A DNA stretch of 64,000 bases from Promethearchaeota archaeon. Lineage in GTDB: Archaea; Asgardarchaeota; Lokiarchaeia; Sigyniarchaeales; SOKP01. Made by a program: the position numbers and the translations under genes. Each line of letters starts with the position of its first letter. Position 1 is the first letter of the stretch. Positions 17,331 through 27,554 of this stretch are shown in pieces. Location: the NCBI GenBank assembly GCA_048938855.1, contig JBHLLT010000001.1:1-64000 (forward strand), in the 5' to 3' direction. The notes under the pieces are model-generated. The model did no database searches, was not told the origin of the DNA, and saw nothing but the letters and a program-made list of their open reading frames with translations.

Positions 17331-19568
17331 TTGGATAATAAAGATAGTGATAATATCTTATCAAACAAGGATTTCATAGAGACTATTAATAATTTAGAAA
17401 TAATCTATTTCAGAGGAGAATTTAAAGGAAAATTATTATTTCATAATACTGCTCTCAATAGAACGCTTGGATTAGACACCTCAATTGATTTAACTGGAAC
17501 TCCATCGTCTCAGTTTTTCTCTGATTCTGAGCTACGTGAGAAATATTATAACCAATTAGATAAAAAAGGATATGTAAAAGATTTTATCGTAAAAATAAAC
17601 AATTCCAAAGGAGAGGAACTATATTTATTACTCAATTCTCGTGTTATTAAAGATAATAAGAATAAAAACAAAATCATAGAAGGGACCGCAATTGATATAA
17701 CTGAAAAGCATAATTTAGAGAACGAATTAAAGGAAACTGAAAGAAAGTTTAATTTAATTGCAGAAAATACTAACGATTTAATTGCTATACTAAATAAAGA
17801 TTTTGAACATATATACATTAACGAAAATGCATATAACTCTGTTTTAGGATATCAGAAGGACGAGGTTCTTGGAAAGCGTCCGAAAGATTTTGCTCATCCC
17901 GAAGACCTTAAAAGAGTATCAAAGTCATTGAAAAAAGGATTACTAACGGGTGAATTATCAGAGGAATATAGAATTAGGCATAAAAATGGAGATTATATCT
18001 GGATTGAACTTAAAGGAAAATTTTTAACTGAAAATGAAGATAATATCGGAGCAATTTTAATTTCAAGAGATATCACTAAACGAAGGGAAACTGAAAAAAA
18101 ATTAAGAGAATCTGAAGAAAAATATAGAAATATGATTGAAGATGCACAAGAAGGTGTTTGGGCTTTAGATGATAATGAAAATACTATCTTTGTTAATACA
18201 AGAATATGTGAAATGCTTGGATACACAAAAAATGAGATGATAGGTAAAAACTTACACTCCTTCATTCCTGAGTCAATGGAACCTTTAATACAAAGTAATC
18301 GATCTAGACGCGAAAAAGGAATTAAAGACACTTATGAATTACAATTATTAAAGAAGGATGGGAGTACTATCTTTACGGAAGTAAGTGCAGCACCAATTAT
18401 GGATGAAACACAAAAATATAAAGGGTCATTTGCATATTTTACTGATATAACTGAAGAAAAAAGTGCAAGACAAAAAATACGTGATTCTGAAAATAAATAT
18501 AGAACTTTATTTGAGTCAAGTACAGATGGAATATATTCCACCAATATGGAAGGTCGGTTTATTGAACTTAATCAGGCATTTCTTGATATGATTGGATATT
18601 CTAGAAATGAAATTCTCGAAATGAATAATCGTCAAATAACTCCAGTAAAATGGTATGAAACAGAAGATAATAATCTTTTAACTCAATTATCTATAGGTGA
18701 AAGTAAAGTCTATGAAAAGGAAATTTATCATAAAAATGGTAAAATCTTACCTGTTAGTATCAGATTTTGGATATTACAGGATGAGCAAGGAGATCCCTAT
18801 AGAATATGGGCAATTATAAGGGACATCACTGATATAAAAAAGATGGAATATAAATTAAAGGAAATTAACAGACTAAAATCTGAATTTTTAAGGAGAGCCT
18901 CTCATGAATTAAAAACTCCATTAGTTTCAATCAAAGGTTTTTCTGAATTAATCTTATCAAAATACTCTGAAGATTTAAATGCTGATATAATTTCAGATTT
19001 AGATGAAATAAATAAAGGCTGTGAAAGGTTACAAAGTATTATTAATAACCTTTTGCAGACTTCTAAAATGGAATCTACTGAATATAAGCCAAAACTTCAG
19101 AGGGAAGATTTATCTTTCCTAATTAATTACTGTGCTGAGGAATTACATCCTCTAATTGCAAAAAGAGAACATTCGTTGAACATAGAGATTCCTGAAACCA
19201 TGATAACAAAATTTGAAAAAGAAGAAATTCATGATGTAATTTCAAATTTACTCATAAATGCAATAAAATATACTCCACCTAAAGGTTGGATTGATATTAG
19301 GGCGGAAATTTTAGATGATTTCATTGTAGTTTCAATAAAAGATAATGGAATTGGATTTACGGAAGAAGAAAAAAGCAAAATTTTTCAACAATTTGGAAAA
19401 GTAGAACATTATGGTCAGGGTTTAGATTTGGGAATTGATGGATCTGGTTTAGGCTTATATATTTCTAAGAAGATTGTAGAATCTCATGGTGGAAAAATTT
19501 GGATGGAATCTGAAGGTAGGAATAAAGGGAGTAAATTCTATTTCTCACTTCCACTTATTAAAGATTAG
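17331..19568 (+). CDS. Multi-PAS sensor histidine kinase
   Basis: Four PAS/PAC units ending in DIT; H-box RRASHELKTPL; NAIKY, DNGIG, GSGLGL. Confidence 0.95.
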   Translation: MDNKDSDNILSNKDFIETINNLEIIYFRGEFKGKLLFHNTALNRTLGLDTSIDLTGTPSSQFFSDSELREKYYNQLDKKGYVKDFIVKINNSKGEELYLLLNSRVIKDNKNKNKIIEGTAIDITEKHNLENELKETERKFNLIAENTNDLIAILNKDFEHIYINENAYNSVLGYQKDEVLGKRPKDFAHPEDLKRVSKSLKKGLLTGELSEEYRIRHKNGDYIWIELKGKFLTENEDNIGAILISRDITKRRETEKKLRESEEKYRNMIEDAQEGVWALDDNENTIFVNTRICEMLGYTKNEMIGKNLHSFIPESMEPLIQSNRSRREKGIKDTYELQLLKKDGSTIFTEVSAAPIMDETQKYKGSFAYFTDITEEKSARQKIRDSENKYRTLFESSTDGIYSTNMEGRFIELNQAFLDMIGYSRNEILEMNNRQITPVKWYETEDNNLLTQLSIGESKVYEKEIYHKNGKILPVSIRFWILQDEQGDPYRIWAIIRDITDIKKMEYKLKEINRLKSEFLRRASHELKTPLVSIKGFSELILSKYSEDLNADIISDLDEINKGCERLQSIINNLLQTSKMESTEYKPKLQREDLSFLINYCAEELHPLIAKREHSLNIEIPETMITKFEKEEIHDVISNLLINAIKYTPPKGWIDIRAEILDDFIVVSIKDNGIGFTEEEKSKIFQQFGKVEHYGQGLDLGIDGSGLGLYISKKIVESHGGKIWMESEGRNKGSKFYFSLPLIKD

Positions 19569-19698
19569 TTTTTTAAATAGAAATTTAATATTTACAGATT
19601 CCTACCTATCCTTTAAATTTTTATTTTACCTAATTTAAAAATAGAGAGAAAAACACGTATAAATTCATTAATTATAAAATATTCATATTAATTGTTAT

Positions 19699-20307
19699 AT
19701 GACTGAAGATGTAGAAGAAAAAACAGAGAAAGTTCAATTAGATGGGTTAATTGAAAAAGATAAAGTTATAATTTCAAATAGTAAAGCTATTGAAGAATTT
19801 TACAATACGTCTTATATAGGTACTATAGAGTTAGATGGAGATGAGAGAGAATTCTTGACTTTAAATGCTATAGAAGTATTACTTCTATGTGAAAGAAATA
19901 GAATACTTCTTTGGGAAGATAATGATAGAAACAAAAATTTATATGATTTTGAAGGATTGCTAACTTATTTCACTCAATTTGATTCACGTCTTTGGCAAAA
20001 GTATGTAATATATATGGATCTAAGAAAAAGAGGATATATTGTTCGTACAGGTTATGGAGATGGGATAGATTTTCGAGTTTATAAAAGGGGTGCCGATTTT
20101 GAAAAAGATTCAGCGAAATTTTTAATATTTCCCGTATTTGAAGGAAATCCTATTGAACTAAGGGATTTAGATAAGATGTCCAGAGTTGCTATGAGTTCTC
20201 GAAAAGACTTAATTGTTGCCACCGTAGATAGATTGAGCAAACCGATTTATTATAGTGTTAAAAAGTTTCAAATTTTAAATAAGACGGAGGATATCGATGA
20301 AACATAA
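19699..20307 (+). CDS. endA: tRNA-intron endonuclease family subunit (possibly non-catalytic)
   Basis: YMDLRKRGYIVRTG, DFRVY, RVA.S.RK; the catalytic His position appears to be Ser. Confidence 0.8.
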   Translation: MTEDVEEKTEKVQLDGLIEKDKVIISNSKAIEEFYNTSYIGTIELDGDEREFLTLNAIEVLLLCERNRILLWEDNDRNKNLYDFEGLLTYFTQFDSRLWQKYVIYMDLRKRGYIVRTGYGDGIDFRVYKRGADFEKDSAKFLIFPVFEGNPIELRDLDKMSRVAMSSRKDLIVATVDRLSKPIYYSVKKFQILNKTEDIDET

Positions 20308-21955
20308 ATTTTCTTGTGATACATCGATAATCTTCGATGGTCAAATTCTTAATTTAATTGAAAATGGAGATTTAGGAGAAAATCCTGAAATTTTTATTTC
20401 CAATGTTGTTGTCGCTGAGGTCGAATATAGAACCAATATTCAAAAAGAAATTGGATTCTTTGGTCTAAATGTTTTAAAAGAATTAAGAAAGCTTCATGAA
20501 GACAGTGTTATTACACTCCATGTTATAGGGAAAAGACCTACGAGAGAAGAAATAAAAATGGCACCTGGTGGAGAGTTAGATGCTTTAATTAGAGAATCGG
20601 CTTTAGAAAACGGAGCAACTTTAATTACATCGGATCGCATTCAAGGGGATGTTGGAGTTTTTGAAGGTCTGGATGTATTATTTACTTGGGAAAAAAAGGT
20701 AGAAAGAGAAAAACAACCACTTTCTTTAAAGTTATTAGAATTTTTTGATGAGACAACTATGAGTGTTCATCTTAAAAGAAATCTACCTCCTTATGCTAAG
20801 AAAGGTGCTCCTGGTAGTTGGCATCTTGAGAAAGTTAGTGAAAATCCTTTAATCCCGCAAATGATTGAGGATATTGCTCTCGAAATTATAGAAAATGTGA
20901 GAGCTGATCAACACTCATTTATAGAAATTGAAAGAGAAGGCGCGGTTGTAGCACAATTACGTGAGTTTAGAATAGTTATAACTCGACCACCCTTTTCTAA
21001 TGATGTAGAAATAACCGCAGTTAGACCTTTAGTGAGTTTAAGCTTATCAGATTATTCAATAGATTCTAGATTACAGAGGAGACTGGAAAAAGCAGAAGGA
21101 ATACTTGTTGCTGGGCCACCGGGAGCAGGAAAATCCACATTTTCAGCAGCATTAGCTAATTATTATTTAAGCCAAGATAAAGTAGTTAAAACACTTGAAA
21201 GTGTAAGAGATTTACAAGTAGAACCCGAAATAACACAATATACTAAATTAGAAGGAAGTTTAGAGAATTCAGCAGATATATTATTACTTGTAAGACCTGA
21301 TTTTACTATTTTTGATGAAGTTAGAACCACTAAAGATTTTGAAGTTTATTCAGATTTTAGATTATCTGGTGTTGGTATGGTAGGTGTAGTTCACTCTTCA
21401 TCTGCTATAGATGCAATTCAAAGATTTATTGGTCGTATTGAGCTTGGAATGCTACCTTCAATAATAGATACAATTATTTTCATTGAGGGTGGAGATATAT
21501 CAAACGTATTGATAATTAAAATGACAGTTAAAGTTCCATCAGGATTAAGGGATAGGGATTTAGCAAGACCTGTAGTAGAAGTAAGAAATTATAAAACAAG
21601 ACAATTAGAATATGAGATTTATTCATTTGGTCAAGACATTGTAATCAATCCTATAAAATCTGGAAAATTAAGTGAAAAACCTACACAGTATAGAGAATTG
21701 ACTAAATATGGAAGGGCAAAACCAAAAAAAGAAAAAATTAATCTCGAAATAGAAGTAATGAGAGACAAAATTATTTTAAAAGCAGCTCCTGAATATGCTA
21801 GTCAAAATATAGTAATTTTTTCCAATAATAACGAAATCTTTACCGGGAGTCTTTCTCGAAAAAGTGAGATTAATCTGTCTTTGTCTAATAAGGAAGGAAG
21901 AAAAATTCTGAAAGAGTTTGATAGGAATAGAGATATATATGCAAGAATAAAATAA
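20297..21955 (+). CDS. PIN-domain + VirB11-type ATPase (archaeal PINA family)
   Basis: PIN motifs CDTS, ELDALIRE, TSDRIQ; Walker A GPPGAGKST; LLVRPDFTIFDEVR; GVGMVGVVH. Confidence 0.92.
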   Translation: MKHKFSCDTSIIFDGQILNLIENGDLGENPEIFISNVVVAEVEYRTNIQKEIGFFGLNVLKELRKLHEDSVITLHVIGKRPTREEIKMAPGGELDALIRESALENGATLITSDRIQGDVGVFEGLDVLFTWEKKVEREKQPLSLKLLEFFDETTMSVHLKRNLPPYAKKGAPGSWHLEKVSENPLIPQMIEDIALEIIENVRADQHSFIEIEREGAVVAQLREFRIVITRPPFSNDVEITAVRPLVSLSLSDYSIDSRLQRRLEKAEGILVAGPPGAGKSTFSAALANYYLSQDKVVKTLESVRDLQVEPEITQYTKLEGSLENSADILLLVRPDFTIFDEVRTTKDFEVYSDFRLSGVGMVGVVHSSSAIDAIQRFIGRIELGMLPSIIDTIIFIEGGDISNVLIIKMTVKVPSGLRDRDLARPVVEVRNYKTRQLEYEIYSFGQDIVINPIKSGKLSEKPTQYRELTKYGRAKPKKEKINLEIEVMRDKIILKAAPEYASQNIVIFSNNNEIFTGSLSRKSEINLSLSNKEGRKILKEFDRNRDIYARIK

Positions 21956-21970
21956 TTTTGATTTATGAAT

Positions 21971-22738
21971 CTAATTTGTATTTAACATTACTTTTACTTT
22001 ATCCATTATTGGAGGAAGTACCTCTTCAATTAAATTATCAAACCGTATATCTGCCCAATCATCGTATGGAGTAGCTCCCTTATTGAGAAGAATCAATCTA
22101 GATCCATTTGCTTTTGCAATTCCTGGTAGATTCATTGCGGGTGAAACAACTAATGATGATCCAATAACAAAAAAGACATCAGCCCTTGCAGACCGCAATT
22201 CGGACTCCTGAAGTTCATCAAGGGGAAGAGAGTCGCCAAAATTCACAATACTTGATATAAGTCGGCCATTACAATAAGGACATGTTGGTTGACCTTCTCG
22301 AACAGGATAAGTTCGATATCCTGAGCCCCATTTTTTTTTATCCCATCCAACTTCTTCAAATAGCATTTTTTTATTACATGATAAGCATTTCATAAAAAAT
22401 TGATTACCATGAAGCTCAGCTAACTTATCAAAAGGAATTCCTGATTTAATATGGAGTCCATCAACATTTTGAGAAATAAGATAATCTAATTTACCCATTT
22501 TCAATAATTCAACAATTGCGTAATGATTTGCATTTGGCTTTACCTGATCATATGGAACTTTTGGTGTAGGTGGTGGTAAACCTTTATCACGCCGAGTCCA
22601 TACACCATTGGGACCTCTAAAATCAGGTAATCCGCTATCTGTCGAAATACCCGCTCCAGTTAAAATAACTAGCCTTTTTGATTCAGCTATCCATTTAGCT
22701 GCTAAATTTATTTTTTCTTCAAAATCCATAAAAATCAT
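21971..22738 (-). CDS. Sir2-family NAD-dependent deacylase (SIRT6/7-like motifs)
   Basis: [44 protein letters not shown], IGSSL. Confidence 0.93.
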   Translation of the reverse strand: [255 protein letters not shown]

Positions 22739-22855
22739 AAAAAAAATTGAATTTAAAAAGGTAATGTTTATTCAATTTCGCTCAAATTCACTCCCTTTGT
22801 CTCTTTCAAAACTGAACGAATTAGAATGAAAACTACGAAAATGAGCAAATTTATA

Positions 22856-23590
22856 CTAAAATTTTACTCGTAGGTCTATTGTATTAATTAATATTTCTAA
22901 ATTCCTTTCAAGATTATAAAATTGGATCATATTAAGAGGTTCATCAAAATCTTTCAATGTTTTTTGGGTATGAGAATCACAACCAATAGCAACTGGTATT
23001 TTATATTCTATAATTTTTTCAAAAAATCTTTCATATCGAGGAGAATAGAAAGATGGATAGCTTGAGTTAAACTCAAAATATATATTATGCTTTTTGAGAA
23101 ATTTCATTAAAATATCAACATCTCCTACCATAAAAAATGAAGGATCAAAATGAGCTAATCCTAAAATTGGAAATCTAATAAGGTTACTGATTTGATTTTT
23201 CCAATAATTAATTATGTTTTCCAGGTACGCAATTGTTTCGAAACTTTGAAGATATTCAAACAATATTAAATCAAATTCATCAATATCTATAATTTTTTTA
23301 ATAAATTGCTCTGTACTTGAAAGATCGATTTCTATTCCTTTTAAAAGGATAAGTTTGATATTATTACTAATTAGATATGCTTGGCAATTTGAAATTTCAT
23401 CTAAATACGATGAAATGGTGAGTTTATTATTTAGTTTTGAAACCCATGCTTTCCATGAGTTAGTGAGATGATCTGTAATTGCGATATAATCTAGATTTAG
23501 TTTAATGGATTTCTTTACAATTTGATTAATTGTTTGTTTACCATCTGAGTAATTTGAATGTATATGAAGATTTAAATTTGGAAATTCCAT
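22856..23590 (-). CDS. PHP-domain phosphoesterase
   Basis: LHIHSNYSDG, ITDH, GIE, AH, GCDSH. Confidence 0.9.
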   Translation of the reverse strand: MEFPNLNLHIHSNYSDGKQTINQIVKKSIKLNLDYIAITDHLTNSWKAWVSKLNNKLTISSYLDEISNCQAYLISNNIKLILLKGIEIDLSSTEQFIKKIIDIDEFDLILFEYLQSFETIAYLENIINYWKNQISNLIRFPILGLAHFDPSFFMVGDVDILMKFLKKHNIYFEFNSSYPSFYSPRYERFFEKIIEYKIPVAIGCDSHTQKTLKDFDEPLNMIQFYNLERNLEILINTIDLRVKF

Positions 23591-23644
23591 TGAAAAAACT
23601 AACCTTGCACAGAATCTTAAATTATAAAAAGAGGAGATAGCCTT

Positions 23645-25540
23645 TTATACTCCTAGAGTTTTTGTTTCTTTATTTAAATAAAGACTGAAAACCCCTCCAA
23701 ACAATAGAGTTGTGCCAAGGAAAATTAAAGTTCCGTTAAATAAGAATTCAGCTGTGGTTTGGTCAAAGGTTACGGATCCAAAATGAATTGAAGTGATTGA
23801 AATTACATCCAGTGCAAAAAGTGATACTAACATAAAAATAAATAAGGAAGAGAAAAGCTGTATTATGCCAACTATTATGTTAATATTGTAAATTAATTTG
23901 GCTTTACCCTTTTTCAACTCAATAATTTGGCCAATACCTATATCAATCGCAACTTCCTTCTTATTTACCCTTTTTATGAAGAAATATACTAATTCTCTAA
24001 GAGGGATAATATCAAAAAAGATAGTACCCAATGCAAAAAAGCAAAAAAATATGAGAATGCGGAGTAGAACTAAAGAAAAGGTAGCTGAAAAACCAATTAT
24101 AGGAGAAAATAATACACTGAAATTATTTAATATCCAAATGAAAATTCCGACAAGAATAAGGGAAAAAAACTTTAATCCGGCGAGAGTGAGTATAACTGAA
24201 TGACGATCTGCTATTGTCAATAGGTAATAAGTTACACCTATGAATAAAAAAATTAAACCAATAAGTATCGCATTTGGGTTTAAAATAAAACTTATTATTA
24301 GACAAGTAGAACCAACAATTATGGGCAAATATGGGAAAAAGGGTGCCTTAAAAGGACGATCTAATTCTTTTCTTTTATATCTTAGGATAACCGCCGCAAA
24401 ATTTACAAATGCCAACCCAAAGAAATAAATAAAGGTTGTGATATTTGCTGTAAAACCGACATCACCGAAAAGAATTGCCAAAACTGTAAAAAAGATTCCT
24501 ATAATCGTTGTTACAACTAAGGCTAAAGTGGGTTTTTCGGTTTTTTTACTTAGTTTTAAAAATTTCTTTGATATATAATGATCTCTTGCTAATGCATGCA
24601 TCACAGCTATACCAGAGCCTAACGCGGTATTCATTGTGATTAATATTGATATCATTGCAGCTATTCCCATTAATAAATATCCTGGAAAACCTATTATATC
24701 TTTCATAATGAAAGCTAATAGTATTGGAGATTCCAAGTTTGAAGAATAGGTACCAATATTAATCATTACAACAATAGTCATGGATAAATAAACTAGCAGA
24801 GTGATGAGAATTGCAAAAATATTGGTTTTTGTAATATTCTTTGATGGATTTTTCAAATTGGCATTTAAATATGCTAAATTTGTCATTATTCCTGTAAAAA
24901 AGATGAATAGTGATGAAAACCAAAAAATTACGACAAAGAAATTAGTTTCGGATGTTAAAAATCCTGGATCAAAATTGGATGGATTGCTTATTGGAGAAAT
25001 GAAAAAACCAGAAAAGATAAAAATAGCAAAAATAATTAGTAAAACTACAGTTAAAGATACGAGGGTTCTGAAGGCTATTTTTTGAGTTCGAAAAATAACA
25101 ATTGCAGTAAAAAGTATTGGCAAAATTGCTATTGGTATAAATAAGCTTCGAATAAAGGTTCCGGGAAAAAAAGCTTCTATTACAACTGTAAATGCTTGTG
25201 CTGAAAATGAAAATGATGCTATATTAGCTATCCACAAAAAAAAACCAATTATAAACGCCAAAAACCCTCCTAACGCCTCTTTACTAAAATTATACGCTCC
25301 TCCTGATATTGGTAAACTTGCAGATAACTCACTAAAATTTAAGGCAGTAAAAAATATCAATATTCCCCCAAGAATTAGACTAATAAGAACTCCAGATTGG
25401 GCTTCATTAATAGCTGAACCTAGTAAGATAAAAATTGAACCCCCAATACCAACCCCAATACCATATAAAATTCCTGTTATCAATCCTATATGTCGAGTTG
25501 GGGGGATTTTTTCTTGATCTTTTTCAGCCAATAGAATCAC
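23645..25540 (-). CDS. APC-family amino acid permease with extra C-terminal TM segments
   Basis: GIGGSIF, SELSASLPISGGAY, NPSKNI, RPFKAPFFP. Confidence 0.9.
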   Translation of the reverse strand: MILLAEKDQEKIPPTRHIGLITGILYGIGVGIGGSIFILLGSAINEAQSGVLISLILGGILIFFTALNFSELSASLPISGGAYNFSKEALGGFLAFIIGFFLWIANIASFSFSAQAFTVVIEAFFPGTFIRSLFIPIAILPILFTAIVIFRTQKIAFRTLVSLTVVLLIIFAIFIFSGFFISPISNPSNFDPGFLTSETNFFVVIFWFSSLFIFFTGIMTNLAYLNANLKNPSKNITKTNIFAILITLLVYLSMTIVVMINIGTYSSNLESPILLAFIMKDIIGFPGYLLMGIAAMISILITMNTALGSGIAVMHALARDHYISKKFLKLSKKTEKPTLALVVTTIIGIFFTVLAILFGDVGFTANITTFIYFFGLAFVNFAAVILRYKRKELDRPFKAPFFPYLPIIVGSTCLIISFILNPNAILIGLIFLFIGVTYYLLTIADRHSVILTLAGLKFFSLILVGIFIWILNNFSVLFSPIIGFSATFSLVLLRILIFFCFFALGTIFFDIIPLRELVYFFIKRVNKKEVAIDIGIGQIIELKKGKAKLIYNINIIVGIIQLFSSLFIFMLVSLFALDVISITSIHFGSVTFDQTTAEFLFNGTLIFLGTTLLFGGVFSLYLNKETKTLGV

Positions 25541-25580
25541 TATAAATTTATTCCAAGAATATTAAATAGTTAATTGAATT

Positions 25581-27035
25581 TTATGACTTTTCCAAATGAA
25601 ATATACCTGAAATAATTGATAAAATAGCTCCTACTAATAGAAGTAAACCCATTATATCACTATTGGTTATACCAAAATCAATTAACCCATAAAACACACC
25701 TAATGACCAAATTATAAAAAAAACGCCAATCCCTATCAAAACTCCTCCAAAAAATTTAGAAGCTCGATAAATTGCTGAGAGAATTTCTAATCTATGTATC
25801 CTACTCTCTTTATCTCTAATTTCTTTTTCCTGACTCTCTAATTCTAATTTAAGTTTTTGTAAGATTTCTCTTGAATCATTAGTGCTAGAATCAATTGCTT
25901 CTTTCGCTTTACTCAATTTCTCATGTTCAGATTCCATATGTTTTAATTTTTCAGTTAAAGCTTCTAATCTTTTTTCTCGTTCAATATACTCAGTATTTGA
26001 AGTTTCAATACCTTTTTTCAACTCTTCAATTCTTTTCTCATTAGCTTCAATTAGATTTTCTTTTCCAATTATTTGTTCAATTAAATTATTTGAAGTATCA
26101 TTTAATTCTTGTATACGAGATTCAATTTCAATTAATTGTTGTTGTTTGTCAGTTAATTGAACTTTATATTTTGCAAGGAGTTCTTCGTATGTCCCTCGCT
26201 GTTTCTCCATTTCTGGAAAACCGTCTTTATACTCTTCAATTCTGGACTCGATCTCCTTAATTCTACTTTCTCGTTTATCAATTTGTTCAGTTAAAAGCTT
26301 TTTTTCCTCTTCTTTTGCTTCTATTTCTGAGTTTGAGTGTTCTAACTCAATTTTATTCTTACTAATTGAGACTTTCAAAGTTTCATTTTCAGCACGTTGA
26401 CTTTTTAATTTCTTTTCTAACGCTTCAGATTCTTCTTTCTGTTTAACAAGTAAATCATCTTTTGATTGAATCTCTTGATTTAATTTTGAAATTTTATTAC
26501 GAAGTTCTTCTTGAGATGTAATTTTTTCTTTTATTGAATCTGTAAGAACAATTAAGTCTACTTGTCTTGTTTCGTAAGTTTTAACTAATTGTTCATTATT
26601 CTTCAAGAGTTCCACGTATTCTTGCTCCAAATTCTCTTTACTTTCATTAGTAATCGCCAATCTCTCTTCTAAATTACTCATCTCTTCATTTTTGCGATTA
26701 TATTTTTCTTCAAGCTGATTTATAGTTTCTTGAATAGCAGAAAGATATTCCTCTTTGTCATCTATTTTTTTTTGAATATTATCCAATTTTTCCTGTGCTT
26801 CTTTTACTTCTTCACTTATTTCTTCAAGAGGTCTTTTTTCAATCTGTTTTTTTTCTATCTGTTCTTCATTAGTTATGGCTTCTGATAAGTCTTCTATACT
26901 ATTTTCAAAAGCTCTTAATTTTTTATCTATCATATCTCTTGAATTTTTAGCTTTAGATAAGTACTCTTTATCTACTCTATCTACTTCCCTTTCCGATTTA
27001 TTTTCCTTTTCTTCTCCTTTAAATTCGTCAGTCAT
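25581..27035 (-). CDS. Long coiled-coil protein with two C-terminal TM helices
   Basis: About 420 aa of E/K/Q-rich heptads, then FFGGVLIGIGVFFIIWSL and MGLLLLVGAILSIISGIF. Confidence 0.8.
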   Translation of the reverse strand: MTDEFKGEEKENKSEREVDRVDKEYLSKAKNSRDMIDKKLRAFENSIEDLSEAITNEEQIEKKQIEKRPLEEISEEVKEAQEKLDNIQKKIDDKEEYLSAIQETINQLEEKYNRKNEEMSNLEERLAITNESKENLEQEYVELLKNNEQLVKTYETRQVDLIVLTDSIKEKITSQEELRNKISKLNQEIQSKDDLLVKQKEESEALEKKLKSQRAENETLKVSISKNKIELEHSNSEIEAKEEEKKLLTEQIDKRESRIKEIESRIEEYKDGFPEMEKQRGTYEELLAKYKVQLTDKQQQLIEIESRIQELNDTSNNLIEQIIGKENLIEANEKRIEELKKGIETSNTEYIEREKRLEALTEKLKHMESEHEKLSKAKEAIDSSTNDSREILQKLKLELESQEKEIRDKESRIHRLEILSAIYRASKFFGGVLIGIGVFFIIWSLGVFYGLIDFGITNSDIMGLLLLVGAILSIISGIFHLEKS

Positions 27036-27554
27036 TTTTTGAATTTTGGATTATAATAATTAATGCCTCATATAGAATTAGAATATGAAAGTTTATTTAA
27101 TTTCTGCAAAAATAAAATATTTGATTAAACAAGTGTCGATTTATATAATCGATCATTTTTATACTAATTTTTCTTAAAAGTATATTATGAAATATTGAAA
27201 TTACATATATATAAATTTTGATGTTTCCCTATTTTCAATTTGATTTAAGGATTAAAATAATGAATAAATTTATAAATGATTATGTTTTAAACCGTGAATC
27301 AATTTACAAAAGGAAATTGAACAAATAAAGATGAGGTCACAATATCTATTGACAGGATTGAAAGATTTTTGTATAACTTCATCTATGGTTCGCTTTTGAA
27401 TAGATATTTTAACCCGTTTTTTTATCTTTTTGATGTGGCTCTAACCAACCTATCCCTTTTTCCATCAAAATAGAGTATATAGTTGATTTGTAAAATTCAA
27501 TGGTTCTTTCCCAAATAAGTATTGCAGAGCTTACTGATACAATTATGATTTGGA

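Noticed and set aside
20297-22738. PIN ATPase plus Sir2 as an anti-phage defence system
   Set aside because: The genes are convergent; PINA is a conserved archaeal repair ATPase, and the Sir2 has the Zn-binding deacylase architecture rather than a defence NADase one.
27036-27554. Long intergenic region as a hidden gene or ncRNA
   Set aside because: Only short broken frames and no clear structure or repeat; a decayed gene cannot be excluded.
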